A DNA stretch of 64,000 nt from Candidatus Latescibacterota bacterium. Lineage in GTDB: Bacteria; Latescibacterota; UBA2968; UBA8231. Position 1 is the first letter of the stretch, and every line of letters starts with the position of its first letter. The stretch spans positions 3,360,001 through 3,424,000 of the forward strand of contig OZ244561.1 of NCBI GenBank assembly GCA_965217585.1. The letters run 5' to 3'. Below the pieces are notes generated by a model. The model was given only the letters and a program-made list of their open reading frames with translations, did no database searches and was not told where the DNA came from. Positions 1 to 8,770 of the stretch are shown here, piece by piece. A program made the translations under genes and the position numbers.

Positions 1-1
1 C

Positions 2-226
2 GGGGCGCGGCTAGCCATCAAAACGTCCGCCAAGCAGGCCGGTGTCGAGGGCGTAAGCGGCCACAGCCTCCGCATTGGCACCGCCCAAGAGCTAGCCCAA
101 CGCGGTGCTACCTTGGTCGAGTTGCAGAACGCCGGCCGCTGGACCGACAGCCAGATGCCCGCCCACTACACCCGCCAGCAGGCCGCCGGCAAGGGAGCCG
201 TAGCCCGTTTGCTAGGAGCGGACTAA
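2..226 (+). CDS. Tyrosine recombinase/integrase (Cre-like), C-terminal part; 5' end outside window
   Basis: Manual translation of frame 2: GARLAIKTSAKQAGVEGVSGHSLRIGTAQELAQRGATLVELQNAGRWTDSQMPAHYTRQ...LLGAD*. Contains HSLR, GRW and the catalytic Tyr spacing of Cre-like recombinases. Not in the ORF track. Confidence 0.88.
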   Translation, partial: GARLAIKTSAKQAGVEGVSGHSLRIGTAQELAQRGATLVELQNAGRWTDSQMPAHYTRQQAAGKGAVARLLGAD

Positions 227-261
227 GAGAGTCCGTTGATGGACACTGGTTCCAGAGACGC

Positions 262-301
262 AAAGACGCCCCAACCGTACAGCGGCGGTTGGGGCGTCTT
301 T
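262..301. terminator. Hairpin, probable bidirectional terminator
   Basis: Perfect 16-bp inverted repeat AAAGACGCCCCAACCG / CGGTTGGGGCGTCTTT with an 8-nt loop, between convergent genes. Confidence 0.75.
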
Positions 302-323
302 ATGCGGGCTAGTGATCCTCTAT

Positions 324-377
324 TCACTGATCGGACTGTCCCGTTTGGTCGTCGAATCCGCATTTAACCGTCGGCAT
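324..377 (-). pseudogene. Truncated N-terminus of a probable retropepsin-like aspartic protease partner gene
   Basis: ATG overlaps the end of 364-615 and reads MPTVKCGFDDQTGQSDQ*. Assignment rests on recalled gene pairing, not on catalytic motifs. Confidence 0.3.
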
Positions 378-615
378 AGACGGGCCTATACAGCACGGAA
401 GCAGGCAGTGTCATCGGTGGCTCTCCGATTCGTTTGATCAGATATGGACCGCGCCCGAAACGCTCTACGGCGTCTTGAGCGGCCTCTTCAAAAGACGAGT
501 ATATCTCGACTAGCTTCTCGTCATGAACCAAAACCCACTTACCGAAGTGGTCGGTTTCAAGCGCATCGCGGATGCGCTCATAGGCGGCAATTTCTTTGCT
601 TAAAGTGGTGGTCAT
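364..615 (-). CDS. Small hypothetical protein (DUF5678-like)
   Basis: 83 aa with upstream AGGAG; GKWVLVHDEKLVEIYSSFEEA...G...GPYLIKRIG pattern. Confidence 0.65.
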   Translation of the reverse strand: MTTTLSKEIAAYERIRDALETDHFGKWVLVHDEKLVEIYSSFEEAAQDAVERFGRGPYLIKRIGEPPMTLPASVLYRPVYADG

Positions 616-776
616 GGCGGGGTCTCCTACTCTCCTTGGGTGTACCGTGAAGGTACTGGACGAGATAGAGGGGTGTTAATAAAAAGCAAGAACAAGAGAA
701 AAGGGCTTCGGAATATTTAAAAAGCAATATCCGTGCCTGTTTTGCGCCGCTAGCGGCCAGATTTCAAAGTGACGCA

Positions 777-909
777 TCACCCCACACCCGCCAAAGCCTC
801 GCCCAATACCCTCCCTGTCCCTCGCCCTCGGCATTGACCGTAAACAAACACCCGTCGCATTCGTGCCCGGCCATCGCCACACCAGAGCCAATACCTCGCT
901 TTCGTCCAG
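777..909 (-). repeat. Degenerate, internally deleted copy of the 3' end of the 13880-15238 gene
   Basis: 777-878 matches 13880-13982 (shared ACCGTAAACAAACACCCGTCGCA). It then joins via CGCC to a match with ~14169-14203 (LDESEVLALVWR). Confidence 0.9.
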
Positions 910-926
910 TTGTCCGGTCAGCCTCG

Positions 927-2276
927 TCAGGGCGCGACGACCCGCTTGAGTCGATCTTCGAAGTTGTCGCTCATCCTGTATATCCATTTACGCCCACCCG
1001 TGTACTTGACGATTAATCCCAGCCTGTCGAGAGCAAGGAGGTCGGTGCGTGCCGTCTCGTATGTGACGTTGTGGGATCGCCGGTGCCCATCTATGGTGTA
1101 CGAGGTGGCCGGGTGCTTCAGCATGTGCCCCAACAGGGCCACTTGGCGATGGTTTAGCACCAATGCCGCATCAGAACCGCGGAGCATGGCTTCCAGTCTG
1201 CTCGTCTCGCTGGTCTTGCGCGCCAAGTACGTATGCAAGAGGCGGATTGAGTCTAAGATCACCCGCAGGTTGTAGTCGAGAAAATACGTGACGTCGTTGT
1301 CGTCGATCTCGGAGAAGACGTATGCGCGAACGTACTGAGCGGGTGCCTTCTGAATAACCGACGAAATGGAGAGGAACTCGGTCAGCCAATACCCCGATCT
1401 CGCCATAGACCAGTAGAACAGTGCTCTTGCAGTCCGTCCATTTCCGTCTACAAACGGGTGGTCGTAGCCGACCATGAAGTGGAGGAGGATGGCTTTGACG
1501 ACCGGATGCAGGAATTGATCATCCTCGGTGCGTCCATTGGCGAAATCCAAGAGCAGTTCGATGCGGTCGCTGAGCTGACTGGCGTCCGGGGGCGTGTGAA
1601 CGACCTCGCCGTCGCGCTGGTCCACCACAGCGACCACGTCGGTCGGCCGCCGGAGCCGCCCGACTGCATCTGGATCGAGCGTCCCTTCCGTCAGTGTCCT
1701 TTGCAGGTCTATGAGCATGGGGACTGTCAGTTCTTCGTCGATGTTCTCGCGTAGAAACCCCATGCCTAGGTAGTTGTTGACGATCATCCGTTCGCTGTTG
1801 TCGCGTGGCGGGCGGCCTGATCTCAGCAGCTCCTTGGCAACCCGGCGGGTCGTGACGGCACCCTCTAGCTGGCTTGAGGTGATCGCCTCTTCGATCAGAG
1901 AGCTCATCAGATACCGTTCGCGGGAGCCGCTGTTGACCACGTCGCCGTGGGGAACCTCGATTCTCCCGCTCGCGTCCCGGTCCACCTGATGGAGCTGACG
2001 GTACAGGTTCCCCGTGTCGCTGAATGAGAACGGCCTGCCGCGAGTGTCCTTGAATGGCAACTCGTGCCGCGAAACCATGCGCTTGAACTTGACGGCAGTC
2101 CACCAGTCAAGGCTCGCAAACCCTTCCGGCGGGGGCAGGTGACGAAGCTGGTCCCAATGCAGGTACCTGTCCTTGGGCAGGCTGCCAATGTCCGACCTTA
2201 GCAACCTGACCAAGTCATTTGGTTCGTACGACGAGACCAACTCGTCGAAAGGCTTAGGGTTTTTGGGCATTCTCAT
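927..2276 (-). CDS. Fic family protein with C-terminal winged HTH
   Basis: Intact Fic motif HPFVDGNGRTAR; SSQLEG helix; C-terminal LNHRQ...TYETARTDLLAL HTH. Confidence 0.93.
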   Translation of the reverse strand: MRMPKNPKPFDELVSSYEPNDLVRLLRSDIGSLPKDRYLHWDQLRHLPPPEGFASLDWWTAVKFKRMVSRHELPFKDTRGRPFSFSDTGNLYRQLHQVDRDASGRIEVPHGDVVNSGSRERYLMSSLIEEAITSSQLEGAVTTRRVAKELLRSGRPPRDNSERMIVNNYLGMGFLRENIDEELTVPMLIDLQRTLTEGTLDPDAVGRLRRPTDVVAVVDQRDGEVVHTPPDASQLSDRIELLLDFANGRTEDDQFLHPVVKAILLHFMVGYDHPFVDGNGRTARALFYWSMARSGYWLTEFLSISSVIQKAPAQYVRAYVFSEIDDNDVTYFLDYNLRVILDSIRLLHTYLARKTSETSRLEAMLRGSDAALVLNHRQVALLGHMLKHPATSYTIDGHRRSHNVTYETARTDLLALDRLGLIVKYTGGRKWIYRMSDNFEDRLKRVVAP

Positions 2277-2355
2277 GGTTGAAGTCCGCTTCTATCTGAT
2301 GGGGATCGGCGGCGAAATGGCGTGAGTTGCTACTTCAGGATGACGAAATACTAAT

Positions 2356-2386
2356 TAATTACTAATTTATCCAAAATTAGTAATTA
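2356..2386. promoter_or_regulatory. AT-rich inverted repeat, putative operator upstream of fic
   Basis: TAATTACTAATTT-ATCCA-AAATTAGTAATTA, perfect 13-5-13, in the divergent intergenic region. Confidence 0.6.
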
Positions 2387-2422
2387 GCACAAGCGACGGT
2401 GCTGTGTGAGCGCATCGTGTCG

Positions 2423-2518
2423 GGTGAGGAGTTGGAGTTGCCTAGGTTACTCGAAGAGCTTAACGTGGAATTGATGGCGCAGCGTCACAAGACGCCTTTG
2501 TCCATAGAAAAGGAACAT
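2423..2518 (+). repeat. ~90-bp degenerate direct repeat, copy 1
   Basis: Shares GGTTACTC.AAGAGCTTAACGTGGA.TTG.TG.CGCAGCGTCACAAGACGCC with 5564-5653. Confidence 0.88.
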
Positions 2519-2641
2519 GACTGATGTCGATCATAGCGGAAGAGCTGTATTCGCTGAATATGCTCTACTGTCTGTGGGGCGGGATCACGCTCGACTTGGA
2601 GCGGGAACGAATCATTTCGCTCTGAAGCTCGCGCAACTGGG

Positions 2642-5212
2642 ATGGAAAGCATGGTGATGCAAAGGAAGGCAAACGTGGAAAACACGGAGCTTTGGAAACA
2701 AGGTTTCGGGGATGAGGGAAATAGCGAGAACGTAGCGCGGCTAGCGACCTCGCTCCGAAGCATCCGGAGGAACGCAGAGGCGCTAACGTCGAGAATAGCA
2801 GGCAGCTTGCCCGGACTGACGATTCACGACATATCCCACTTGGACGCGCTGTGGGAGGTTGCAAGTACTGTGGCGGGGTGTGACTTTCCGCTTAACCCCT
2901 TGGAGGCGTATGTCTTCGGCGCTTCCGTGCTGCTTCATGATGCTGGCCTCTGCTTCGAAGCGTACTCGGGAGGCCGAGCCGCTCTGCGCGACACGCTGGA
3001 GTGGCGTGACGCACACGGACGACTATCAAGGGGCGACGTACAAAACCTGGCGCAGGAGGCAGACTTCGAGGCCCTCAGGGCATTGCATGCATCGCAGGCG
3101 GCCCGGCTTGCGATCGTACCTTGGGTCGGGGAAGATGGAGAACTTTACCTCATCGACGACCGGGAGTTGCGTGAGAACTATGGCCAACTGATCGGCGATC
3201 TCGCGTCATCGCATCACTGGAATCTGGAACTGGTTGTGCAACGATTTTCAACACGGCGCCCGCCGGCCGCGTTCCTGGACGCTGACTGGGAGGTGGATTC
3301 CCTCAAAGTCGCGTGCATGCTTCGGGTTGCGGACGCGGGCCACATGGACGGCACTCGCGCGCCGTCCTTTCTCCTTAGAATCCTCCAGATGAACTCGCTC
3401 TCAAGAGCGCATTGGATGGCCCAAAACCGTCTCGGGAGACTAACAGTCAGACCCGATGATCCTGTGCAGTTAACGATCGCATCGACGAGCCCTTTCCCTC
3501 GGCACGAGGCGGCGGCTTGGTGGGTTGCCTTTGATCTGGTTGAGACCTTCGACAAGGAACTCCGTCAGTGCAACGACGTGCTTGATACTTCGCCGGGCGG
3601 GCCACGACCTACCTTCGCGGGAAAAAGGGTAGCCGGGGCAGGGCAAGTCAGAGAGCAGGTCAAGTACGTCGAAACGACAGGTTGGGAGCCTACGGATTCA
3701 ACCGTGCATGTGTCGGATGTTTCAGCGTTGGTGACCAAGCTGGGTGGGGAGCAGCTTTACGGGAAAGATGCTGATCGTCTCAATATTGCGTTGCGCGAAC
3801 TGATACAGAACGCCGCAGATGCGATCTGCGTGCGGCGGTCATTGGATAGCGGCGAGTTCGTAGGCCGCATCTTGGTCCGACTTAGAAGAGGGATGGACGG
3901 AGGATGGACTTTACAGGTGGACGACGACGGAGTGGGCATGTCGCAGGCGACGCTCACCACTGATTTGCTGGACTTCGGTCGGAGCTTTTGGGCAAGCGAA
4001 CGGGCAGCCCGGGAGTTTCCTGGAATCCATGCTTCGGGATACACGCCGATCGGCCGTTTCGGGATCGGATTCTTCTCGATCTTCATGGCTGCCAAAAAAG
4101 TCAATGTGTTCTCAAGACGGTTTGACAAGGGACTGGAGGACGCTAGGTGTCTGTCGTTCGACAACGGCATATCTCTTCGGCCCACTCTTAGCTACGACCG
4201 CCCGGATGATTTCGGAATGGATCTGTGCACAAGGGTAGAGTTGGAGCTGAAGCCGGATGTTGTGGAAAACCCTGATCAGATCAGGATACGGTGCAACGTC
4301 CAAGGACACGAGGAGTTCTCAGTGACGTTCGGGGACTACGTAGCCGCTATGGTTGCAGGTATCAACGTTCCGGTGGTGGTGGAGACCGCGAGTGGACGAC
4401 GGAGGGTGCACGAGGGATACCCTCCCGAACCTGAAAAACGGGAGGAATGGCTTGAGGCACTATCGTACGTCAACTCCGGAGTGAACGAAAGGGCGAAGGC
4501 AGGTCTGGCTCGGGCGATTCCCAGACTCAGAGAAATCCGGGATGGAGAGAAATGCTACGGTTTGGCAGCCATCGACGTATTGGGGCAGACAGGGGGCGCT
4601 TTTCTGTCCGGTAAAGCGGTCGGCGGTCTCGTAAATCCACATGGCCGCTATGACGATTCGTTCGTGGGCTTGATCGATCACGTTCCGACGACAGCGCGAC
4701 GGGATGCCGGTGAGATGGCAGCACCTCAGCACAGCATCGACACGTGGATGTCGGGGCAGATGGCTCTACTAAAAAAAGCGAATCTTTCGCAGATCGAGTC
4801 GATATTGGCTAGCTACTCGGTCTGTAGTTTAGGGTATGACCCGAAGGACGTTCTTCAAGGGCTCTTAGTAAATTCCCAAAGTCGAACAGCCTTCATGTCT
4901 ATACACGAGATTACGGACCATCTAAAGAGTGGCCTGCGGCTTGGATTTCTTCTGTCGCCTGCTATCGGCCATCACTTGGACCAGTTTTCGAATAGAGTAA
5001 GGATCTCTGGCATCTTGACCTGCGTTGTGATCACGAACGGGAAACTCAACGACGCGGCCATATCGGCTGGCGTTCCCGAAAACATGAACTCGCTCATCGG
5101 TGTTGTGCATCGAGTGCTGGTTGAGGCAGGTGAAAGTCCAAGATGGTCGATACAGGAAAAAGTCTATAGTAGTACGTTCGGTCAGGGGGACTTACTGGAG
5201 GTTTCAGTGTAG
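2642..5212 (+). CDS. HD-domain (HD-CE-like) fused to an Hsp90-like GHKL ATPase
   Basis: TIHDISH, LLHDAG and RVADAGHMD HD motifs; LYG...LRELIQNAADA, DDGVGM and GRFGIGFFSIFM GHKL motifs. Confidence 0.88.
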   Translation: MESMVMQRKANVENTELWKQGFGDEGNSENVARLATSLRSIRRNAEALTSRIAGSLPGLTIHDISHLDALWEVASTVAGCDFPLNPLEAYVFGASVLLHDAGLCFEAYSGGRAALRDTLEWRDAHGRLSRGDVQNLAQEADFEALRALHASQAARLAIVPWVGEDGELYLIDDRELRENYGQLIGDLASSHHWNLELVVQRFSTRRPPAAFLDADWEVDSLKVACMLRVADAGHMDGTRAPSFLLRILQMNSLSRAHWMAQNRLGRLTVRPDDPVQLTIASTSPFPRHEAAAWWVAFDLVETFDKELRQCNDVLDTSPGGPRPTFAGKRVAGAGQVREQVKYVETTGWEPTDSTVHVSDVSALVTKLGGEQLYGKDADRLNIALRELIQNAADAICVRRSLDSGEFVGRILVRLRRGMDGGWTLQVDDDGVGMSQATLTTDLLDFGRSFWASERAAREFPGIHASGYTPIGRFGIGFFSIFMAAKKVNVFSRRFDKGLEDARCLSFDNGISLRPTLSYDRPDDFGMDLCTRVELELKPDVVENPDQIRIRCNVQGHEEFSVTFGDYVAAMVAGINVPVVVETASGRRRVHEGYPPEPEKREEWLEALSYVNSGVNERAKAGLARAIPRLREIRDGEKCYGLAAIDVLGQTGGAFLSGKAVGGLVNPHGRYDDSFVGLIDHVPTTARRDAGEMAAPQHSIDTWMSGQMALLKKANLSQIESILASYSVCSLGYDPKDVLQGLLVNSQSRTAFMSIHEITDHLKSGLRLGFLLSPAIGHHLDQFSNRVRISGILTCVVITNGKLNDAAISAGVPENMNSLIGVVHRVLVEAGESPRWSIQEKVYSSTFGQGDLLEVSV

Positions 5213-5298
5213 AAGTACCTCGAACGCGGTGTGCTGTCGGCAATGCGGCCCTACTCGCTTGGGTATTTGCCGCCGAGGTCAGCTCATGTGCGGTCTGG

Positions 5299-5503
5299 GC
5301 CGTCGCCATCCGCACCGGGTATCCCAGCGACGGCGTGACGGTGCGGCAAAACAACAAACTGGCCGGCGGCTAGGACGTCTGGCATCTGCACACGCACGTG
5401 ATCCCGCTATAGACCCGCGATCAGAAAATCAGGGGCTGTATGTGCGGGCCGACGATCGCGACCGCGCGCTTACGCGGCTCGCCTGCGCGAGCTTCTAAGG
5501 TAG
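5299..5503 (+). pseudogene. HIT family hydrolase remnant
   Basis: Reads DGVTVRQNNKLAGG*DVWHLHTHVIP, with the HxHxH triad, an in-frame TAG at 5371 and later frameshifts; 5' part missing. Confidence 0.8.
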
Positions 5504-5563
5504 AACGCTGGCTGAAGCGCTCCTAGGCGAGCATCATCGATTCGGAGCGGCTTTCCTTCCTTC

Positions 5564-5653
5564 GGTGAGGAGTTTCCTGGGTTACTCAAAGAGCTTAACG
5601 TGGAGTTGGTGTCGCAGCGTCACAAGACGCCGTTACCCCTAGAAGAGAAGCAT
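5564..5653 (+). repeat. ~90-bp degenerate direct repeat, copy 2
   Basis: Matches 2423-2518; translates as (F)GEEFPGLLKELNVELVSQ. Confidence 0.88.
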
Positions 5654-5658
5654 AACCG

Positions 5659-5859
5659 ATGTCAACCATAACGGAGATTCAGCAGGCGATCATAAGCCTT
5701 TCTAAATCTGACTACGCTCAACTGATGCGCTGGCTCAATGAATACGACTGGGAAGGGTGGGATCAGCAGATCGAAGCGGATTCGGACGACGGGAAGCTGG
5801 ACTTCCTAGTGGATCAGGCCACGGAAGCCAAACGACATGGCACGCTGGAAGGCCTGTAG
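5659..5859 (+). CDS. Small acidic antitoxin-like protein
   Basis: 66 aa, MSTITEIQQAI...WDQQIEAD...GKLDFL; stop overlaps the GTG of the following toxin-like remnant. Confidence 0.72.
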   Translation: MSTITEIQQAIISLSKSDYAQLMRWLNEYDWEGWDQQIEADSDDGKLDFLVDQATEAKRHGTLEGL

Positions 5860-5966
5860 TGCATAGGACGACGCCCGCTTTCCGGTCGCATTTTGAACGG
5901 CTGCCCGAAGTAGCCCAGAGAGTCGCAAGACGCAATTCTGAGCGCCTCAAGGAGAATCCAAGACAT
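5859..5966 (+). pseudogene. Truncated RelE/ParE-like toxin
   Basis: VHRTTPAFRSHFERLPEVAQRVARRNSERLKENPRH; similarity to the family ends at ENPRH, where HPSL-type sequence is expected. Confidence 0.68.
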
Positions 5967-6051
5967 GTTGTCGGAGAACGACTTCGCAGCCCCAGAGGCT
6001 TGATAATCCATTGTGAAACGTTGGGAACTAACGCCGTAGGACTGTGGCTAG

Positions 6052-6837
6052 ATGAAGGTACAGATGGACAAGGAATCCCAAGAACGAATGCGGCTGTTGG
6101 CCAAGATGGTAAGGCACGGTGCTACCCAAGTTGAGATAGACGACCTCTTTAAGCAATCGCAGATAATCTGGAGGATCGGAGCGGATCAAGAAATATCTCA
6201 TACTTGCGTTCACTTAGAGGAGTTCATGTCAAGCGCAGCGCGAAACTGCAAGAAGGCTCTCCGAGTGATAGCTCGCATGCACAATTCAGGCAAACGCAAA
6301 GACCCTGACCTTCTAACTGCGTTAAAGAAGTACGTTGAAGATACATGCGAAGCTATTAAGAAGGTCGATAGTACACTCGGTCGTAATAGGTCAAGCCTCA
6401 CATCCCTGATTTACGAAATTCCCAACAAGACGTCAGGGGATGACGTATCGTGGCGCAACCTGATAGCCCGACGTGACGTGATAGCACATAGGCTCCTGAC
6501 TGTTGACGACGAGAGGGTCTATCATGAGGCCGAGCGTGACTTCGGATCCTTGGACGAGTTATTGTCAAAGGCCTACTTTGTCCCCGTCAAGACCGACCTC
6601 GGCAAGGGTGAGGGCTTTTCTCCTTTGCTTAGAGCGGACGCCTTGAGAAACCTCGCCCCCTCCTTGCATGGTAGGACTCCTAACTTAGGCGAATCTCTCA
6701 TATTTGTCTGTGAGGACAAAGTAGATGGATTCTTGTCGTTCAGATTAGGACGCACAGACAGCAACAAGGTCCTGCTTTCTGCATCTGCACCACGCCGCAT
6801 AGATTTCTCTTTACACGGATTGCAAATCGAGAGTTAG
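6052..6837 (+). CDS. HEPN (DUF86/HepT-like) domain protein with N- and C-terminal extensions
   Basis: EDTCEAIKKV...WRNLIARRDVIAHRLLTVD, containing the RX4H motif RDVIAH. Confidence 0.72.
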   Translation: MKVQMDKESQERMRLLAKMVRHGATQVEIDDLFKQSQIIWRIGADQEISHTCVHLEEFMSSAARNCKKALRVIARMHNSGKRKDPDLLTALKKYVEDTCEAIKKVDSTLGRNRSSLTSLIYEIPNKTSGDDVSWRNLIARRDVIAHRLLTVDDERVYHEAERDFGSLDELLSKAYFVPVKTDLGKGEGFSPLLRADALRNLAPSLHGRTPNLGESLIFVCEDKVDGFLSFRLGRTDSNKVLLSASAPRRIDFSLHGLQIES

Positions 6838-7088
6838 TTCCAAGGATGGGAAACGGTCCTTAGTGGCCACGGCCGTGGGCGCTGGCGGGATGCCGCTGAA
6901 AGCGTTGCCCCGACGTACTACGTTGATGGACACTCATTCATTAGTTGGTGTGCTTAACCATTCAAGGTGCCGAGCCAGGGCAATCGCATTATAAGTTGAT
7001 TTTTACCATGCGGTTATGTTCCTTTTTCCCTTTCTATGGAACTTAGGTTCCAGTCCTCCCTTTTCCCTATTGCTTGGAGTGTGTCTGC

Positions 7089-8233
7089 ATGTCCTCATCA
7101 TCCTTGGGGTTGCTGGATTATTTGGCCGATGTTCCCGACCCGCGTATTGAGCGTTGTCGGGCGCATCGCTTGATTGATATCCTTATGATTGCGGTGTGCG
7201 GCTCCATTTGTGGGGCCGACAACTGGGTGGCGATCGCCGAATTTGGCCGGGCTAAAGCCGACTGGCTTAAGACCTTTCTAGCCTTGCCTAACGGCATCCC
7301 CTCGCATGATACCTTCGGTCGCGTGTTTGCCCGTCTTTCGCCTTGGCATTTCCAAGACTGTTTTACCGCTTGGGTGCAATCGCTGACACTCCCGTTGGCC
7401 GACGAGGGCGAGATCGTGCCGCTGGATGGCAAGACGCTGCGCCGCTCCTACGATACGGGTTCGGGCCAAGCCGCCATCCACATGGTGCATGCTTGGGCGG
7501 TAAAAAATCGGCTGGTCTTGGGGCAATTCCATGGTGAAGAAGCCTTGGAAGAAATTGCGATCATTCCCGAGTTATTGCGCGTGTTAGATCTCAAAGGCTG
7601 CCTGGTCACCACCGATGCGTTGGGGTGTCATAAGAGCACGGCCGAGCAGGTCGTCGAACAAGAGGCTGACTATGTGCTGGCCGTCAAGGCCAATCAACCC
7701 AAACTCCACGCCCATCTCCAACAGCTCTTTGACCGCTCCGACTCGAAACACCACGCCGATCCTACCGTAGATTATTGGTTTACTCAAGACCAAAACCACG
7801 GACGTTGCGAAACGCGGCACTACTGGACTACGAACCAGATTGAGACCTTTGCCGGACATGCCCACTGGCCGGGTTTACGCCTGTTCGGTATGGTCGAGGC
7901 GATCCGGCAAAGCGGCGATACGGTCTCGGTCGAACGACGCTACTATATCTCCACGCTGGACAACAACGCCCAACGATTGGGACAGGCCGTGCGCGGTCAT
8001 TGGGCCATTGAAAATTCATTACACTGGATCCTCGATGTCGTCCCCGCGTACGCGGGGATCAGTCCCGCATACGCCGGGGGCATGGCCCCGAAAATATGGC
8101 CGTTATACGCCACATCGCGCTCAATCTACTCCAGCAAGACAAAACGACCAAAGCCGGCATGCAAACCAAGCGGCTCAAGGCCGGGTGGGACCACAAATAT
8201 CTGGCTAACCTGTTGGCACATGGACAGTTATAA
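7089..8233 (+). pseudogene. ISAs1 transposase, frameshifted near the 3' end
   Basis: DPR, IPSHDTFGRVF, LDGKTLR, DALGC and RGHWAIENSLHWILDV motifs. The true C-terminus DQSRIRRGHGPENMAVIRHIALNLL...KAGWD is in another frame after 8057. Confidence 0.9.
8041..8058. repeat. 18-bp perfect palindrome TCCCCGCGTACGCGGGGA
   Basis: Lies exactly at the transposase frameshift; same 16-bp core as 53294-53311. Confidence 0.85.
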
Positions 8234-8262
8234 TGCGATTGCCCTGGGTGCCGAGCTAGGTA

Positions 8263-8751
8263 ATGAACACAATCAATAAATGGGCTGAGCGGGTATACGG
8301 AGAGACCGACTTCGGGCGGAGTGTGGCGACGTCGGTCTCTGGTGTCGCCGGACTGCTAGTTTACCTAGTGTTCTCCGACTGGGTGATCGCGGCATTTTCG
8401 TCAATCATTACGTTCCCGATAGTACGCCTTACCTCGATGGGGCTGCACGAGCGTGCGACTCGCCGAGCGAAGGGACGCTTGGCGCGTGAAGACGCCAAGC
8501 GGGAATACGACCAACTAAGCGACGATGAGAAGCAAGTGGTGTTGGCCTTCGTCGAGGCGGGTGGTTGCGTTCTCACATGGGGGCAGGTGAATGCGCTATC
8601 TCTTTCCACATCGAGTGTAGAGTCGCTGCTCCAGAGAAAACTCCTTTGGCCTTCAGTGACAGTCGACGGCCGTGAGACATTTGTCCTCGACCCGGCAATC
8701 TTTGACGTGGGCCAAGATCGCAAACGTGCGATTTCACCTCGTGCCGTCTAG
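8263..8751 (+). CDS. Two-TM membrane protein with C-terminal wHTH-like region (SieB-like architecture)
   Basis: Hydrophobic segments at about residues 20-55, then LSDDEKQVVLAFV...VESLLQRKLL. Confidence 0.55.
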   Translation: MNTINKWAERVYGETDFGRSVATSVSGVAGLLVYLVFSDWVIAAFSSIITFPIVRLTSMGLHERATRRAKGRLAREDAKREYDQLSDDEKQVVLAFVEAGGCVLTWGQVNALSLSTSSVESLLQRKLLWPSVTVDGRETFVLDPAIFDVGQDRKRAISPRAV

Positions 8752-8770
8752 GCCAACCGAGGAATATCCG

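Larger units (their letters stand above)
6976..8246 (+). mobile_element. ISAs1-family insertion sequence
   Basis: 19-bp perfect TIRs CAGGGCAATCGCATTATAA (6976-6994 and 8228-8246); 10-bp target duplication GGTGCCGAGC (6966-6975 and 8247-8256). Confidence 0.95.

Noticed and set aside
676-1016. ORFs 676-987, 834-1016 and the similar 9793-10083
   Set aside because: They are chance frames across the duplicated gene-end scars, not genes.
234-6934. 14-bp exact repeat CGTTGATGGACACT at 234-247 and 6921-6934
   Set aside because: No similarity extends beyond 14 bp, and a few such matches can arise by chance in 64 kb; insufficient support for an att site.
8035-8080. Possible CRISPR array (type I-E-like repeat)
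   Set aside because: Single repeat-like unit with no spacers or cas genes; the following CCCGCATACGCCGGGG is transposase coding sequence. Kept only as a palindrome finding.
7074-8279. 401-aa intact transposase as given in the ORF track
   Set aside because: The C-terminus after PAYAG is out of frame and runs through the TIR; the real C-terminus is in another frame.
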